A stretch of DNA of 64,000 nt from positions 90,148,001 to 90,212,000 of the forward strand of contig NC_043006.1 of NCBI RefSeq assembly GCF_006345805.1, in the 5' to 3' direction. A program made the position numbers and the translations under genes. The stretch is from Octopus sinensis (taxonomy: Eukaryota). This document shows positions 13,757 through 26,589 of the stretch, in pieces (positions within the stretch are counted from its first letter, which is position 1; each line of letters opens with the position of its first letter). The notes under the pieces are model-generated. The model saw only the letters and a list, made by a program, of their open reading frames with translations. It made no database searches and was not told the DNA's origin.

Positions 13757-14628
13757 TTAGGGGTATGGAAAAGTAATATCATATTTTCAAGCCAAAAGTC
13801 TGATATCATACTAAGCCAGAAAATGGTATCCTTGCAATCAACCAAACAGCAGAGAGTTAATAACCAAACATCATTGTGGGTGTGCTGTACATGTATATGC
13901 TCTGTGTAGTGGCCCCTGGAATGCAAGGACTTTAGTAAGCCGCATATTCAGCACCAGATACTTTGTGAGATTCATAAGGGCAACACTGTAACATGTGTAA
14001 GGGAAAACACATATACTGTACATCCTGATGGTGTGAGTGTTTGAAAATGCCGAAAGTGGTTTAACAAATTCAAAAATGGGTGATTTCAATCTTTTGGACA
14101 GGTATCAATCAGGAAGACCAACTGTTGTCAATAATGATGCTGTGGAAACAGCAACTGAAGAGGATTCACATCAAAGTATTGCGAACTTATCCCAGAATCT
14201 TAATATATCTTGATCCACCATGCAAGATCAACTCAGATGTACAGAGAAAGGCAGTGAGTACCTCATAATAATACAAGGCCATGTTCAGGGAAGACAACCC
14301 AAGCAAAGATAAATTCATTAGGCTGGGAAGCTCTAGCTCATCCTCCCTATGCACCAAACCTAGCACCATCAGATCATTTTGCCACTGGGAAAACATTCAG
14401 AAGCAGAGACAATATCGAAACTGCTCTACAAACATTTTCTTTTCAAAAGAAACTGATTCTATTGTCTGAGCAATGAAAAAAACCCCCCAAAAAACTGGTT
14501 TTGAGGTAGGAAAATGTTATTCATTATGGTGATGTTTGTACTTTGAATGAATAAACACATATGCGATTTGTTTTATGTTGATTTGAACTCATTAGATAAA
14601 ATTCAACATTACATTCCACCAACCCTAA
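13757..14628 (+). mobile_element. Internally deleted mariner (DD34D-like) element
   Basis: Degenerate TIRs (ttaggggtatggaaaagtaat and the reverse complement of the right end, ttagggttggtggaatgtaat). N-terminal KWFNKFKNG.F...SGRP motif and C-terminal LGWEALAHPPYAPNLAPSD motif. Most of the catalytic core is missing. Confidence 0.8.
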
Positions 14629-15303
14629 CAAACACACACACACAGAGTTAAATAAGATTCAGGTAAAAGCCTTGTAGAGTACTATGCAAAGCTCATTCGT
14701 AGTTATTGGTTACCTGACGTTATCAAACAGTGAAAAAGCTCCTTGCTGCAGCAAATACTTCAGGAATTCCATAGTATCCATAGAGTTTATATAAATAGAT
14801 AAATGACAGAGAATAGAATGAACAAAGTTCTCTATTTAAAGCCACTTCAATTGTTTTGAAACAGTTTTACACCAGTAGTAGATTGGTGAGATGGGTAATC
14901 ATTATCATCCATCAAAGGTGTAAAAAGGTACCAAAACATATAGGGGGTCAAAATATATACCCCTAATATGTTCACTTGATTAATAAGGCTTTTTCCCCCA
15001 GTTAATAAGTACTATGCCTACTCATAATAAGTGATAGTCTCTTTCTCCAAATTTGAATAAATTTTAGATTTATAATTTTTCCTTTATTCTAATGTGTCAA
15101 AGTACTTGGAACTTATAGACCAACTGTTGTGATGATATGCATAGGGTTTGTAAGGTCTCTGCATTCTTTGTGAATGTTATTGTGACCATCTGACTTTGAC
15201 CTAGTTCTAATGCAGAATCTGTTAATCAAATAGTAGTAATTGGCATTTAGTTGTGACTGCTGTCTTCTACATAAATTCCTTATATGGAGCTATGACATCC
15301 CCT

Positions 15304-15403
15304 NNNNNNNNNNNNNNNNNNNNNNNNNNNNNNNNNNNNNNNNNNNNNNNNNNNNNNNNNNNNNNNNNNNNNNNNNNNNNNNNNNNNNNNNNNNNNNNNN
15401 NNN
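15304..15403. other. Assembly gap (exactly 100 N)
   Basis: A run of 100 N, probably a placeholder of unknown true size, so adjacency across it is uncertain. Confidence 0.98.
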
Positions 15404-15581
15404 TTTTCTAGCCAGAAGTCAATTGCCTCTATACCATACTCATGTGGAATGTGGGTGTAGAGGTTGATGACATCAAAGGATACCAGAGTGCCTCCTCGTT
15501 AACTGTTTTCGGGAGGTGTTTGAGCATGTCCAGATCATCCCTAATGAAACTTTTGATGTGGGTAAGGAAAGGTTTCAAAAG

Positions 15582-15622
<41 letters not shown>

Positions 15623-15874
15623 ATGTATTCATATTCATAACTGAACCTTTTGAACTTTCTAAACTCTCTGACGAAGCCCAGAGACACACCCAAGTACCTT
15701 AATCTTATCTACCAAATACTTCAGTTCATTGGAGGGATAAAAGTAGAATGGGGTAGTATGGCCTCTTGGCTGAAACAGCTGGAAGATATTAGCCTACTTC
15801 AGACATTAACTGATGATGATGATGATGACTTAAACATGGATGTTCTGTTAGAAGAGACTTTACTGTAGTAGATA

Positions 15875-16185
15875 CCATCATCATCGTTTAACGTCCATTT
15901 TCCATGCTAGCACAGGTTGGCTGGTTCAACCAGGGTCTGGGAAGCCAGGAGGCTGCACCAGGCTCCAGTCTGATCTGGCAGTGTTTCTACAGCTGGATGC
16001 CTTTCCTAACGCCAACCTCTCTGTGAGTGTAGTGGGTGCTTTTTACGTGGCACTGGCACAGGTGCCAGGGGAGGCTGACAGCGGCCATGATCAGTTGGTG
16101 CTTTTTATGTGCCACCAGCACAGAAGCTAGTCAAGGTGGCGCTGGCATCACAGGTATCACAGCTACAATTTCCATTTGAAAATTT
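15875..16185 (-). mobile_element. RTE-tailed non-autonomous element (family C)
   Basis: catcatcatcgtttaacgtcc...ggatgcctttcctaacgcc matches the 3' UTR and tail of the RTE at 34953-35330. Confidence 0.85.
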
Positions 16186-16231
16186 CATATAGGTTTTTGG
16201 TGCATAATGCATTCTTGTTTTATATCTTTAG

Positions 16232-16366
16232 CAGGGAGATAAATCCTCACAAACTCCAGTGTTGAGACCATCAGATCGTGTGATTCGATCTTGCTTGGTC
16301 TCATTGGTGATGGACACTCAACCGCTAGAGATAGCAGTGACTCATCTGCCTGCCAGTGATATATAG
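16232..16366 (+). CDS. Candidate terminal exon (QGDKSSQTPVLRPSDRVIRSCLVSLVMDTQPLEIAVTHLPASDI*)
   Basis: Strong acceptor ttcttgttttatatctttag|cag (NAGNAG). The phase-0 frame runs 45 codons; the other frames close early. The island is GC-richer than its flanks. Confidence 0.2.
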   Translation, partial: QGDKSSQTPVLRPSDRVIRSCLVSLVMDTQPLEIAVTHLPASDI

Positions 16367-16560
16367 AAAAACAGTGCCAGTTTATTTCAAAATGCATATT
16401 AGTGACAGAAGCTGTATTAATACAGAAAAGTATTATTTATTCCCACTCAAAGATGTCTTGTTCTCTTGTGGTATCGACCACAGCGAAGTCTGTTCTAAGA
16501 GGACATCCACATTTAAGTGGGAATAATAAATAGATATGTCTCTCACTCTTTCTCTATATA

Positions 16561-16892
16561 TTCTTTTATTTGTTTCAGGCCATACTGGAGCACTGCCTTG
16601 AGTCAAACAAATCAACCCCAGGACTTATTCTTTGTAAGCCTAGTACTTATTCTATTGGTCACTGTTGCTGAACCACCAAGTTGGTTGCCAAGCGATGGTG
16701 GGGGGACAAACACAGACACACAAACATATACATATATACAACAGGCTTCTTTCAGTTTCCACCTACCAAATTCACTCACAGAACTTTGGTCAACCTGAGA
16801 CTATAGTAGAAGACACTTGCCCAAGATTCCACACAGTGAGACTGAACCCAGAACCATGTGGTTGGTAAGCAAGCTTCTTACCACACAGCCAC
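16561..16892 (-). mobile_element. SINE family A copy
   Basis: Reverse complement of the 8467-9112 host element. Confidence 0.85.
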
Positions 16893-16914
16893 TCCATAAA
16901 GTATAGCTCAGAAG

Positions 16915-17240
16915 GCACATGGCTTAGTGGTTAAAGCATGTGGCTCACAATCATGAGGTAGTGAGTTCAGTCCTTGAGCAAGACACTTTATTTCATGTTG
17001 CTCCAGTTCACTCAGCTGTAGCAATGAGTTGCAGCATCACTGATGTCAAACTTTATCAGCCTTTGCCTTTCTCTTGGATAACATCAGTGGCATGGAGAGG
17101 GCAGGTTTGTATGCATGGGTGACTGCTGGTATTCCATAAATGACCGTGCCTGGACTTGTACCTTGGAAGGGAACTTTCCAGGTGTAATCTCTTGGTCATT
17201 CATGACCAAAGGAAGTCTTTACCCTTACCCTTTACCCTGC
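16915..17240 (+). mobile_element. tRNA-derived SINE (family B)
   Basis: Head ggcacatggcttagtggttaaagc...gagttcagtcc, then gcaagacactttatttcatgttgctccagttcactcagctg and a short ttaccc-type tail. A reverse copy lies near 41075-41330. Confidence 0.75.
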
Positions 17241-17595
17241 ACAAAGTATGCCACCCAGCCACTAACTACAGACCTGGACCAACTGAAGCATTGTGAGTGG
17301 CTATGGTTCAATGGAAACTGGAGAAGCCTGCCATAACATGCATGCAAGTAGGTGTGTGTGTGTGTGTGCATGTGTCACTGCCTCCTTGCCTTGACCTCAT
17401 GTGATGGTAGTAAATGACTGCCATCATCATGCAAGCACATTGTCCTTCGCTTCCAATCTTTGGGGAGTGTAATTTTGGTCATGGGTGGTTGCTATGAAAA
17501 ATGACCTGGAATATAATCTCAATTAAATGTGGTTACCATGGAAAATAATTAGCAATAATTAGTGTTTGTAGTGTGAGAACTCATTTGGCTGATAG

Positions 17596-18003
17596 GCATT
17601 TATGATTGCAAAACATGGACAGTGAACAAATTTGAAGAGAATATAGTGAATGCGTTTGAAATGTGGATGCCTAGAAAAATGTTACGAATCTGTTTCTAAG
17701 ACCATTAGACAAATGAATGGGTGTAGTAACACGTGAAAGACAACTCCTGAACAGTATGAAAAAACAAAAGCTTATCTATTATGGATATATTCGAAGAAGC
17801 AGAGGTTTGGAAAACATTATCATTGAAGGCAGAGTAGATGACTGTAGATCTAAAGGTAGGTAAAGAATGCAATGGAATAAACAATATCAAGAACTGGTTG
17901 GAACCGGAGTGGCAAAGCAGCTGAAGAACCCTGTCTTAATTGGGAAGACTTTGATTGTCATCAATTCACTGCAGGTGTACGGTATACAATGATGATGATG
18001 ATG
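17596..18003 (+). mobile_element. Old RTE-clade LINE 3' fragment (distinct subfamily)
   Basis: Decayed YDCKTWTVNKFEE..NAFEMWMPRKMLRI..LLNSMKKQKLIYYGYIRR..LENIIIEGRVD..RSKGR, ending in (GAT)n. Confidence 0.7.
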
Positions 18004-18859
18004 AGTGTTTATAGCAAGTACGGTAGTTTTAATTATTCATGAGTTAGGAGCTGGGTAGTATTTATGATTCTGCAGCCAAAAGTTTATTCCAATATGGTTT
18101 TAAGAAATTTAGTGTACCTGGCAAGGAATGGATACTCAGGTGATGTGCTAACGACATCTGTTTGTAGAAACTTATTGGGAAGAGTGAAGGGGAATGGGAG
18201 GGTAATCTGTAGAAGCATGTGGGATATCTACTAGTTTTGATAGAAACCTGGCTGAGGCAGCGTCTGGTTCTGGTATGAAATTGTCCATTTTAACGTGATG
18301 ATATTTAAATAATATCTTGGAAGTGGTGACTGCTGGTCACAGGAGTAATGCTGTCATAAGGGTTTACAAAAGGGTCCATCCTTACAGAACAAACTGCATA
18401 AAAAAGGGTTCATTCATGGATTGTTAGTCATAGCCTCTTTCTTGTATGAAGAAGTTTGAATGACCTCAGAATCAGTCGATTAAATTAACCCCAGTACATG
18501 ACTGGTACATTGCTTTTATCTGCACCAAAAAAATGGTAAGCAAAATTGATCTCCGGATGATCTGGCCTCAGAATGTAAATTAATTTCATATTGCAGACAT
18601 TTAGTCCAATCAGTCTTACAAATCTGCTATGACCCCATGTTTATGATGATGATGATGATGATGGTCATTGGTTTATGCAACTATTTTAAAAATTGGATGA
18701 AAATGCTAGAATGAGATAAACCTCAATAAAATATAAGCAAGAGAAGACGGAATGGTTGCAGCTTGGATACCAGTTGAAAGATGTAAGTTTGTCTTGCAAG
18801 AAGATGTTATGATGATGATGAACTTGATGATGGTGATGACAATGATATTGGGGGAGGCA

Positions 18860-19080
18860 ATAATGATGAGTGGTGGTGGTGGTGGTGGTGGTGGTGGAGG
18901 GTGATGATTATGATAACGACAACAGTGTTAATGCAAAGGAAACATCAAAAGCATGATGTACAGTTCAAGGATATCAAATGTCTGGAGATAATGATGATGA
19001 TGATGATGATAATGGTGGTGGTGGTGGTGGTGGTGGTGGTTTTGGTGGTGGTGGTGGTGGTGGTGATGGTGGTGGTGGTC
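18860..19080. repeat. Compound (GGT)n/(GAT)n microsatellite
   Basis: Directly visible. Confidence 0.9.
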
Positions 19081-20284
19081 TTACTCAGTCTCCTTAGGAT
19101 GGATGAATACACTGGATGAAGTGGTCCTGAATATACACACACACACACGTATGTATATATATGTATGTGTATTTATGAGTGTGCATGTATGTTGTTTAAG
19201 AGAAAAATGGTCGGAGAGTCACAGCTTGAATTCTGGTCAAAAGATGTAAGTTCAGTAGTGCAAGAAAAAGAGAAACAAATGATGATGATGATGATGATGA
19301 TGGGGAGGAGAAAAGGAGGGGGTGGGGATAAGACAATGCTAATGAAAGTGATAATGATAGTGTTCATATTACTGAGAAGGAAAAAAAAAGAAACCAAGGA
19401 AGATTCAAACACCTTAAAAAAAGGGGATGTGTAATTATAAAGATATATAAAAGCATCTGGAACGAGCATTACTTGTTGTTGTTGCTGTTGTTGTGTATAT
19501 TATATATTAATAGTAATTGGAAAATTTTCTTTAGAACAAAAGAGAGGAACTTAAAAGAAATTTTCAAAATTCATATGCCTATATATATTGCAATCAGTTC
19601 AATGCATTTTCTTAGTGAAACAGCACAATGGGTTGTTAAGGAATTACATTGCCAACAGCCAGGCCACCTTTCATTTACCTTTCATGCTAATTAAGTATTT
19701 ACTGCAACTTCTTTGACAGACAATTTCTTGAACCAGTTGCCTCTTAAAGCATCCAAAGTGTCTGCATCCTTACATACACACGTACATGTATGCATGCATA
19801 CCTACATATATATATATATATCGATGTACATGGTTTCATGCCCTGGTTTATTGCCCAGCATCTTGATCAAGTATCTTCTGTCATAGCCCTGAGTTACCCA
19901 ACCCTTCAGAGCAAATCTGGAGAATAGAAACTGAAAGAAAACCATTGTATGTGTGTGCCCCAGCATGGCCACAGCTTGTGAGCTGAAACTAAATAAAAAA
20001 AAAATACACATGCACATACAGAAACCTGCACGTCTGTGTGTGAGTGTATACCTGGGCATTGCATTATAGTTGTAAACAAGTGTCACTGTTATACAGGTGG
20101 TGTTGCACATTTCTAATCTTCAGTAAAAACATGTCCAGCCATGGGGAAATATTATTTCACTCGGAAACAGGTGTGAGTTTTGTGAAAGGAAAAGTATCTG
20201 GCCATAGAAAATTTGCATCAATGAACGCTATTTGACCCATGCAAGCATGGAAAAGAAAATGTGATGATGATAAAAGAGATAAAT

Positions 20285-20365
<81 letters not shown>

Positions 20366-20366
20366 C

Positions 20367-20401
<35 letters not shown>

Positions 20402-20412
20402 CAGATAGATAG
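20285..20412. repeat. (GATA)n tetranucleotide array, about 32 units
   Basis: Directly visible. Source of the IYLS-repeat ORFs. Confidence 0.95.
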
Positions 20413-20748
20413 AGAACGAGAGAGAGAAATATGAGCATGTGTTGTATATAAACACACACATACACACTTTCTCAAATATATGCATGTATACACACATATA
20501 TATTTATATATATGTAGTGTATATATACAATCCACACACAAATATACACATACATATGTATATAAATGAAAATACATTTGTAAGTATGTACATACATACA
20601 CAATTACTGTCGTGACTAAGTTCTTTGACAGTAACATCAAAAATAGATAAGAAGTTAGAGTTCAACGATTCAGAAAGAAAAAAATGATTCTATATATACA
20701 CATACATACTACATACTATATAATAATGTATATATATATATATACATG

Positions 20749-20802
<54 letters not shown>

Positions 20803-21835
20803 GTATGTATGTATGTATGTAATGTGTATATATATATAATATATATATATATATATAGAAAATAGTAAAAGTATGTATGTATGTATATATATATACTCAC
20901 ATATCTATAAATATATGTTTGACATGTGTGTGTGTGTATGCATGTATGTATGTGTGCATGCGTGTAAATGTATGTATAAGTAGATATAGCTGCCAGCAAA
21001 TAATGTGGAGGTACTTGTCAAAGATAATAAATAACAGACAGTAAAGTTAAAGATGTAGTAGAGAGATTTCGGGAGACTGTGGCCAAAATTAACTCACAGG
21101 AAATCCTTGGCAACTGCTAACAAAAGTTCTGAACAAATATTCATGTTCCAATATTTATTTAATGTTCAATGACACAAAATCTGATTGATAGCAAATGTTT
21201 TTTTTTTATATTCTTGTTTTATTCATTCATTTTTCTGCTGCAGAATGAAGTTTTGTAGGATTTGTTATAGAATCTATGTGATTACCAATTTTGATGGATC
21301 CAATACCTGCCTTAACGCACAGGTAATCTCTTTGTCTTTTTGAGCTAACCTAGTGAGTGCCTCAATGTGGTCATTCACTTTGCTAAAAATAGCAGCTAAG
21401 TTCTCTCAAACTATAAACTACTGCCTTGAATAAAGATGGCTACATTACACAATTTCTAATCTCTCAAGGAAAAAAGAATCAAGAAGGATTGTCATGGCTG
21501 AAATACCTTTGATCCTAGGTCTCCTCAATTGGAGATGATCTGGGGCCAAATAACATGGACTATCTTACGTCTTTTTCCATTCTGATTTAATTTCACCTTG
21601 GAATGTATAGGACCAAAAATGAAATAAAGAATGACACTATTGACTCTTTAAAAAAAAAAAAAATTTTCTTTAATATACAAAATCCAGCCAAAGTTGGTTG
21701 TGAGATTAAAATTCTTCTTTTGCAAACAGAATGTTACAGATCTTGTTGGATGGCCAGCCCTGAGTTGAACAATACCTTGAGAGGGAATTTTGTAGATGGA
21801 AACTGTATGGAATCTCGTCATGTGTGTGTATAGCT

Positions 21836-22205
21836 TTTATATTTTATTTGTTTCAGTCTTTAGACTGCGGCCATGCTGGGGCACTGCCTTGAAGCATTTT
21901 CAGTCAAATGAATTGACCCCAGGACTTTTTTAAAGCCTGGTACTTATTTTGTCAGTCTCTTTTGCTAAACTGCTAAGTTATGTAGATGTAAATACATCAA
22001 CATAAATTGTCAAGTGGGGGGGGGGACAAATGCACAAACACAAATACACACACACACACCCACCCACAATGAACTTTTTTCAGTTTCGGTCTATTAAATC
22101 CATTCACAAAGCTTTAGTTAGACTGAGGCTATAGGGGAAGAGACATTCCAAACATGCCACAGAGTGGGACTGAACCCAGAACCATGTGGTTGGGAAGTAA
22201 ACTTC
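21836..22205 (-). mobile_element. SINE family A copy
   Basis: ttgtttcagtc..gactgcggccatgctgg...gggactgaacccagaaccatgtggttggg. Confidence 0.85.
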
Positions 22206-22636
22206 TAAACATCAATCTTTCTCAAAGACACAGTATATCGTGTGTGTGTATGTGTGCATGTTTATGTATAGGTGGGGACATGCTTTTGTGTTTGTGTCTG
22301 ACAGTGTTGCAAGTAGTGTTTTGTTTTGTGACTTCCTTGTAACTTGGTGATTTAATAAAACAAGAAAGCAAGAGACTGAGGAAAAAAAAACGAAATTATG
22401 TCCTGCAGTTGATCAGTGGCTCAGTGGGACCACATGGGTTTAGTGGAAATACAAGAGGGGGATGAGATGAGTATACCTAAGATGGACTAGCATGTGACTA
22501 GTTAGTTCCAAGGGATAGAAACTAATGTAAAGAAGATAAAGAGAGGAGATAACGAGCTACTTTTTAACACAGGTTAAAATGTTAAAAAACCTAATTTTAA
22601 GGCAGAAATGGTGACAATTATAAGTGTAAGTCGTTA

Positions 22637-22850
22637 GCCATTTCGTTACACTATTTCTATTGTTTGTTTCAATTAATTCTGAAAATAATTTAAAGGAATT
22701 TAGTAAAATAACTTTGTTATTATTAAGTTAGGATTTGGAACATAAATTAACACAACATTTTGATAGAAAGTTTCAATTTAGACCTCTTTAAAACCTCTTT
22801 AAAACCAGGAACTTGTATCATAAAACCAAGGGTAAGGTCCAGCAGACTGG
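22637..22850. mobile_element. Short AT-rich interspersed repeat (MITE-like); related copies near 28205-28330 and 30935-31140
   Basis: Three loci share ttcaattaatt..gaaaataat...aatttagtaaaataactttgt.attattaag...tttggaacataaattaac. Confidence 0.6.
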
Positions 22851-23654
22851 AATCAAATGAGTTAAAGTCACAAACTCATTCTCAGTCACTGGATCAAACT
22901 TAGAGTTGCTGGAAGCAAAGGCAAGTTGAATTTTGGCATCCTTACAAACTGCCACCCCTGCCACCGCCACCACCCTTTAATGACTGATTTCCATGCTGGC
23001 ATGGGTTGGATGGTTTGACCAGAGCTGGTAAGCTGCAGATCTGCTCCAGGTTCCAGTCTAACTGTGAGAGAAAAATAAGTAAAAGTCCTATGCCGTGTGC
23101 TTCACTCAAATATATTAAAAGTCTTCAAAGGAAGTTTTTCTGATAAAATGATTAAAGTATTTCATATTTACTTCTGGATCTCAACTCAAAATAGACACCT
23201 ACAAATGAAATTTTGGGGTTTTCTCTGTTAATACAATTGGCCAAGTGATACAGAATGGTTGACGAGTTAGCAAGTTTGCTTTGTAAACACAAGATCTTGA
23301 TGGATGCATTTACATTTGTATCCTAACATGACCATCACTTGACAACTGGTGTTGGTTTGTTTGCATCCCCCATAACCTAGTAGTCCTGCAAAAGAGACTG
23401 ACAGAATAAGCACCAGGCACAGAAATTAAGTACAGAGGTCAGCTTACTTGACTGAGCCCTCCAAGGTGCTGCTGCAGTATGGCCACAGATAAAAGATACA
23501 AATAAATTCTCTCACTAAAACAATTTTTGATTATTTTAATGTCTTATTAAAATCAGTCTAGCAGGGGTTATCTGTAAATTATAGGAAGGGTTTCTGACAA
23601 AATAAGTTTGGGAACCACTTCATTACACTATTCATCACTAGAGCCCTTTACTTA

Positions 23655-23719
<65 letters not shown>

Positions 23720-23757
23720 AGTGAGTAGACAAACGAAAGAAGGACACTCAACACATT

Positions 23758-24653
23758 TGTAGCATAGACGCAGGTGAAATTCCTCTCACCCTTTATTATA
23801 TATATATGCATTCGAACGTGGCAGGTAACAGTTAACCTTTGGCCGCTATTTGGACCCCACTGTGTCCACTACTCTGACTGGTTTGTATTGGCGCAATTTG
23901 TCTCTTATGCCAATTTGCTGTGTATAACCAATCGGAGTCTCAAACTGAAATCACATGAGACAGCCTGTTCTCAATCCTGTTTTGAGCCTACAACTTCTTA
24001 TAAAAACCCACCTTCTCCTCGCTTCGAGGTCTTTCAGTTCCAGACCTTCTTAGGTCTTGCCACAGACCACACAAGATACAGCAAGTTCCAGTGATGACAC
24101 CACAGCAGCCATGTTGAAACTTACTTTGTCCAATGGCCTTACGGCATTCTCTTTCTTCATCACCACCATCATCTTCTTAACATCAATTCTCTACATACAC
24201 AGCTCAACCAGCAACTTGCCCAGGTTTCAATACTTCGCTGTTTGTGAATTACTTCACCATGGATCAACAGCAAGTACACAACTGGCAAGAACTCCTGTAC
24301 CAAGTGACCCAGGCAACAGCATCACAGCCACAACTTCACATATAACATGTACTGCAACCGGCTCAGCATCATGGCCACAACTTCTTGATACAGTATTTCA
24401 ACTATCGTGTACAACTGACTATGAACAGGTATTCTCATCCTTGTGTCTATGAACTTCTCACTTCGATGGCTATAGACTCTTTCACTGTCTCTTTCTTCAT
24501 AGCCATTATTACATGTACTTAACACACACATACATCTATGCTTACACACACACATTTTGTTCTCATGACGGCCTGTCTATTATTCTATATACATGACGCA
24601 CACACAGACACACATGTTAACATATAAATAAATCTTCTCTTAATCATTCTACA
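23758..24653 (+). mobile_element. Solo LTR-like element (896 bp)
   Basis: TGTAG...CTACA termini and a near-perfect 5-bp TSD (acatt/ccatt). TATAAAAA at 23999 and AATAAA at 24627-24632. A 45-nt block is 37/45 identical to 40604-40648 (minus strand). Confidence 0.7.
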
Positions 24654-25188
24654 CCATTCTGTCTCTCTTTTTCTCTCTGGCATTTACATGTACCATGCAG
24701 TATATTTTTATTGTATCGACCATGTGATGTACTAAAGAACCATTCTCATCACCTTGCATTGCATGGTCCTTACACATTTATTAAAAGTCACATGAGTAGA
24801 TCAAAACAGTTTGATTCAGACTCCTTGGTACTCTGAGTTTCAAAGTGTGGTTAGTCTTCAGCCATTGGGGTCCGAATCTTTAGACCCCACCAATGGCCAA
24901 AGACTAGCCACATGCTTGAAACTCAGAATACTAAGGAATCTAAATCAAACTGCTTTGATCTATCTACCTTTCTATCTGTCAATCTATTTATATAGTATAT
25001 ATGTTTTTATTATTATTTTTGCAATTTACTTAATCTTTACATTTTATTGTTATTTTTATTTTAACTTTTCTATTATATGTAATTTTCTAGATGGTGTAAT
25101 TTAAGTGTTCATTTTGAATTGATAAAAGGTGGTTTTCTTCTAATTTTTTATATATATATATATATATATAGATATATATATACATACG

Positions 25189-26495
25189 TTCAAGGAAATG
25201 ATGAAGACCGAGTCCTATGGAAGTGTGCTGTGCATGAGAGGACCCGGCAGACTAGTCAGGCCATATCCGTGGCCCCTACCTGGGACGTAGTCGATCCACC
25301 TGTGTGCATACATCCTTATTGTGACCACTGTTGAAGACCTGCTGAGGCAACGTGAAAAGTCAATTCAAAAATAGATGAACATCAATGGAATTTGTTCTTA
25401 TGGTACCAGTGCCGTGGCACACAAGAAAACAATCCGAACGTGGCCGTAGCCAGTACCGCATCGACTGGCCTCCGTGCTGTGGGGAACATGGTGGCAATCA
25501 ATCCCCCCAGTGCCGTAGTCAGTGCGGTGGGCACATGACAAACACCATCCGATCCGATCGTGGCCGTTCGCCAGCCTCACTAGCACCTGTGTCGGTGGCA
25601 CATAAAAACACCATCCGAAGAACCGGCAAGAGAAAGTCAGCCATAACCCATGGCCCTACCTGGGACGTATAGTCGTCAACCTGTGCATACCTTCCTTCTT
25701 GTGACACTTGTGAAGACCTGTTGAGGCAGTGAAAATCAAATCAAAACCAATCAAATAGAGAACATCAATGGAATTTGTATCTTTGTGGTACCAGTGCCGG
25801 TGGCACGGGCACATAAGAAAACCATCCGAACGTGGCCGTAGCCAGTACCGCATCGACTGGCCTCCGTGCCTTGTGGGCACGTAACAGCACCATCCGATCG
25901 TGGCCGTTTGCAGCCTATCTGGCACCTGTGTCGTGGCACATAAAAAACACCTCCGAGCGTGGCGTCTGCCAGCCTCGTCTGGCACCTGTTCGGTGGCATA
26001 AAAACCACCATCCGAGCGTGGCCGTCTGCCAGCCTCGTCTGGCACCTGTGTCGGTGGCACATAAAAAAAACACCATCCGAGCGTGGCCGTCTGCCAGCCT
26101 CGTCTGGCACCGTGTCGTGGTTGCCATAAAACCACCATCCGAGCGTGGCCGTCTGCCAGCCTCGTCTGGGACACTGTGTCGTGGCACATAAAAAACACCA
26201 TCCGAGCGTGGCCGTCTGCCAGCCTCGTCTGGCACCTGTGTCGGTGGCACATTAAAAAACACCATCGAGCGTGGCCGTTTGCAGCCCTCGTCTGGCACCT
26301 GTGTCGGTGGCACATAAAATCACCTACTACACTCTCGGAGTGGTTGGCGTTAGGAAGGGCATCCAGCTGTAGAAAACACTGCCAGATCTGACTGGACTGT
26401 GACAGCTTTCGGGCTCCCCAGACCCCAGTTGAACCGTCCAACCCATGCTAGCATGGAAGCGGACGTTAAATGATGATGATGATGATGATGATGAT
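25189..26495 (+). mobile_element. RTE LINE 3' end with a duplicated 3' UTR and expanded ~62-bp repeat array
   Basis: The ORF end KEMM.DRVLWKCAVHERTRQ is homologous to the end of the 35543 ORF. The UTR is duplicated near 25240 and 25620. About 8 units of caccatccgagcgtggccgtctgccagcctcgtctggcacc follow, then a (GAT)n tail. Flanked by TA-rich repeats. Confidence 0.85.
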
Positions 26496-26543
26496 ACATA
26501 TACATACATACAGACATACATACATGCATGCATACATACATAA

Positions 26544-26589
<46 letters not shown>

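Noticed and set aside
8467-17000. tRNA genes at the SINE heads
   Set aside because: A/B-box-like motifs continue into SINE bodies, and no complete cloverleaf could be drawn.
24057-24452. 131-aa Thr/Ser-rich ORF
   Set aside because: It lies inside the solo-LTR-like element, has no recognisable motif, and fits the local C/A-rich composition.
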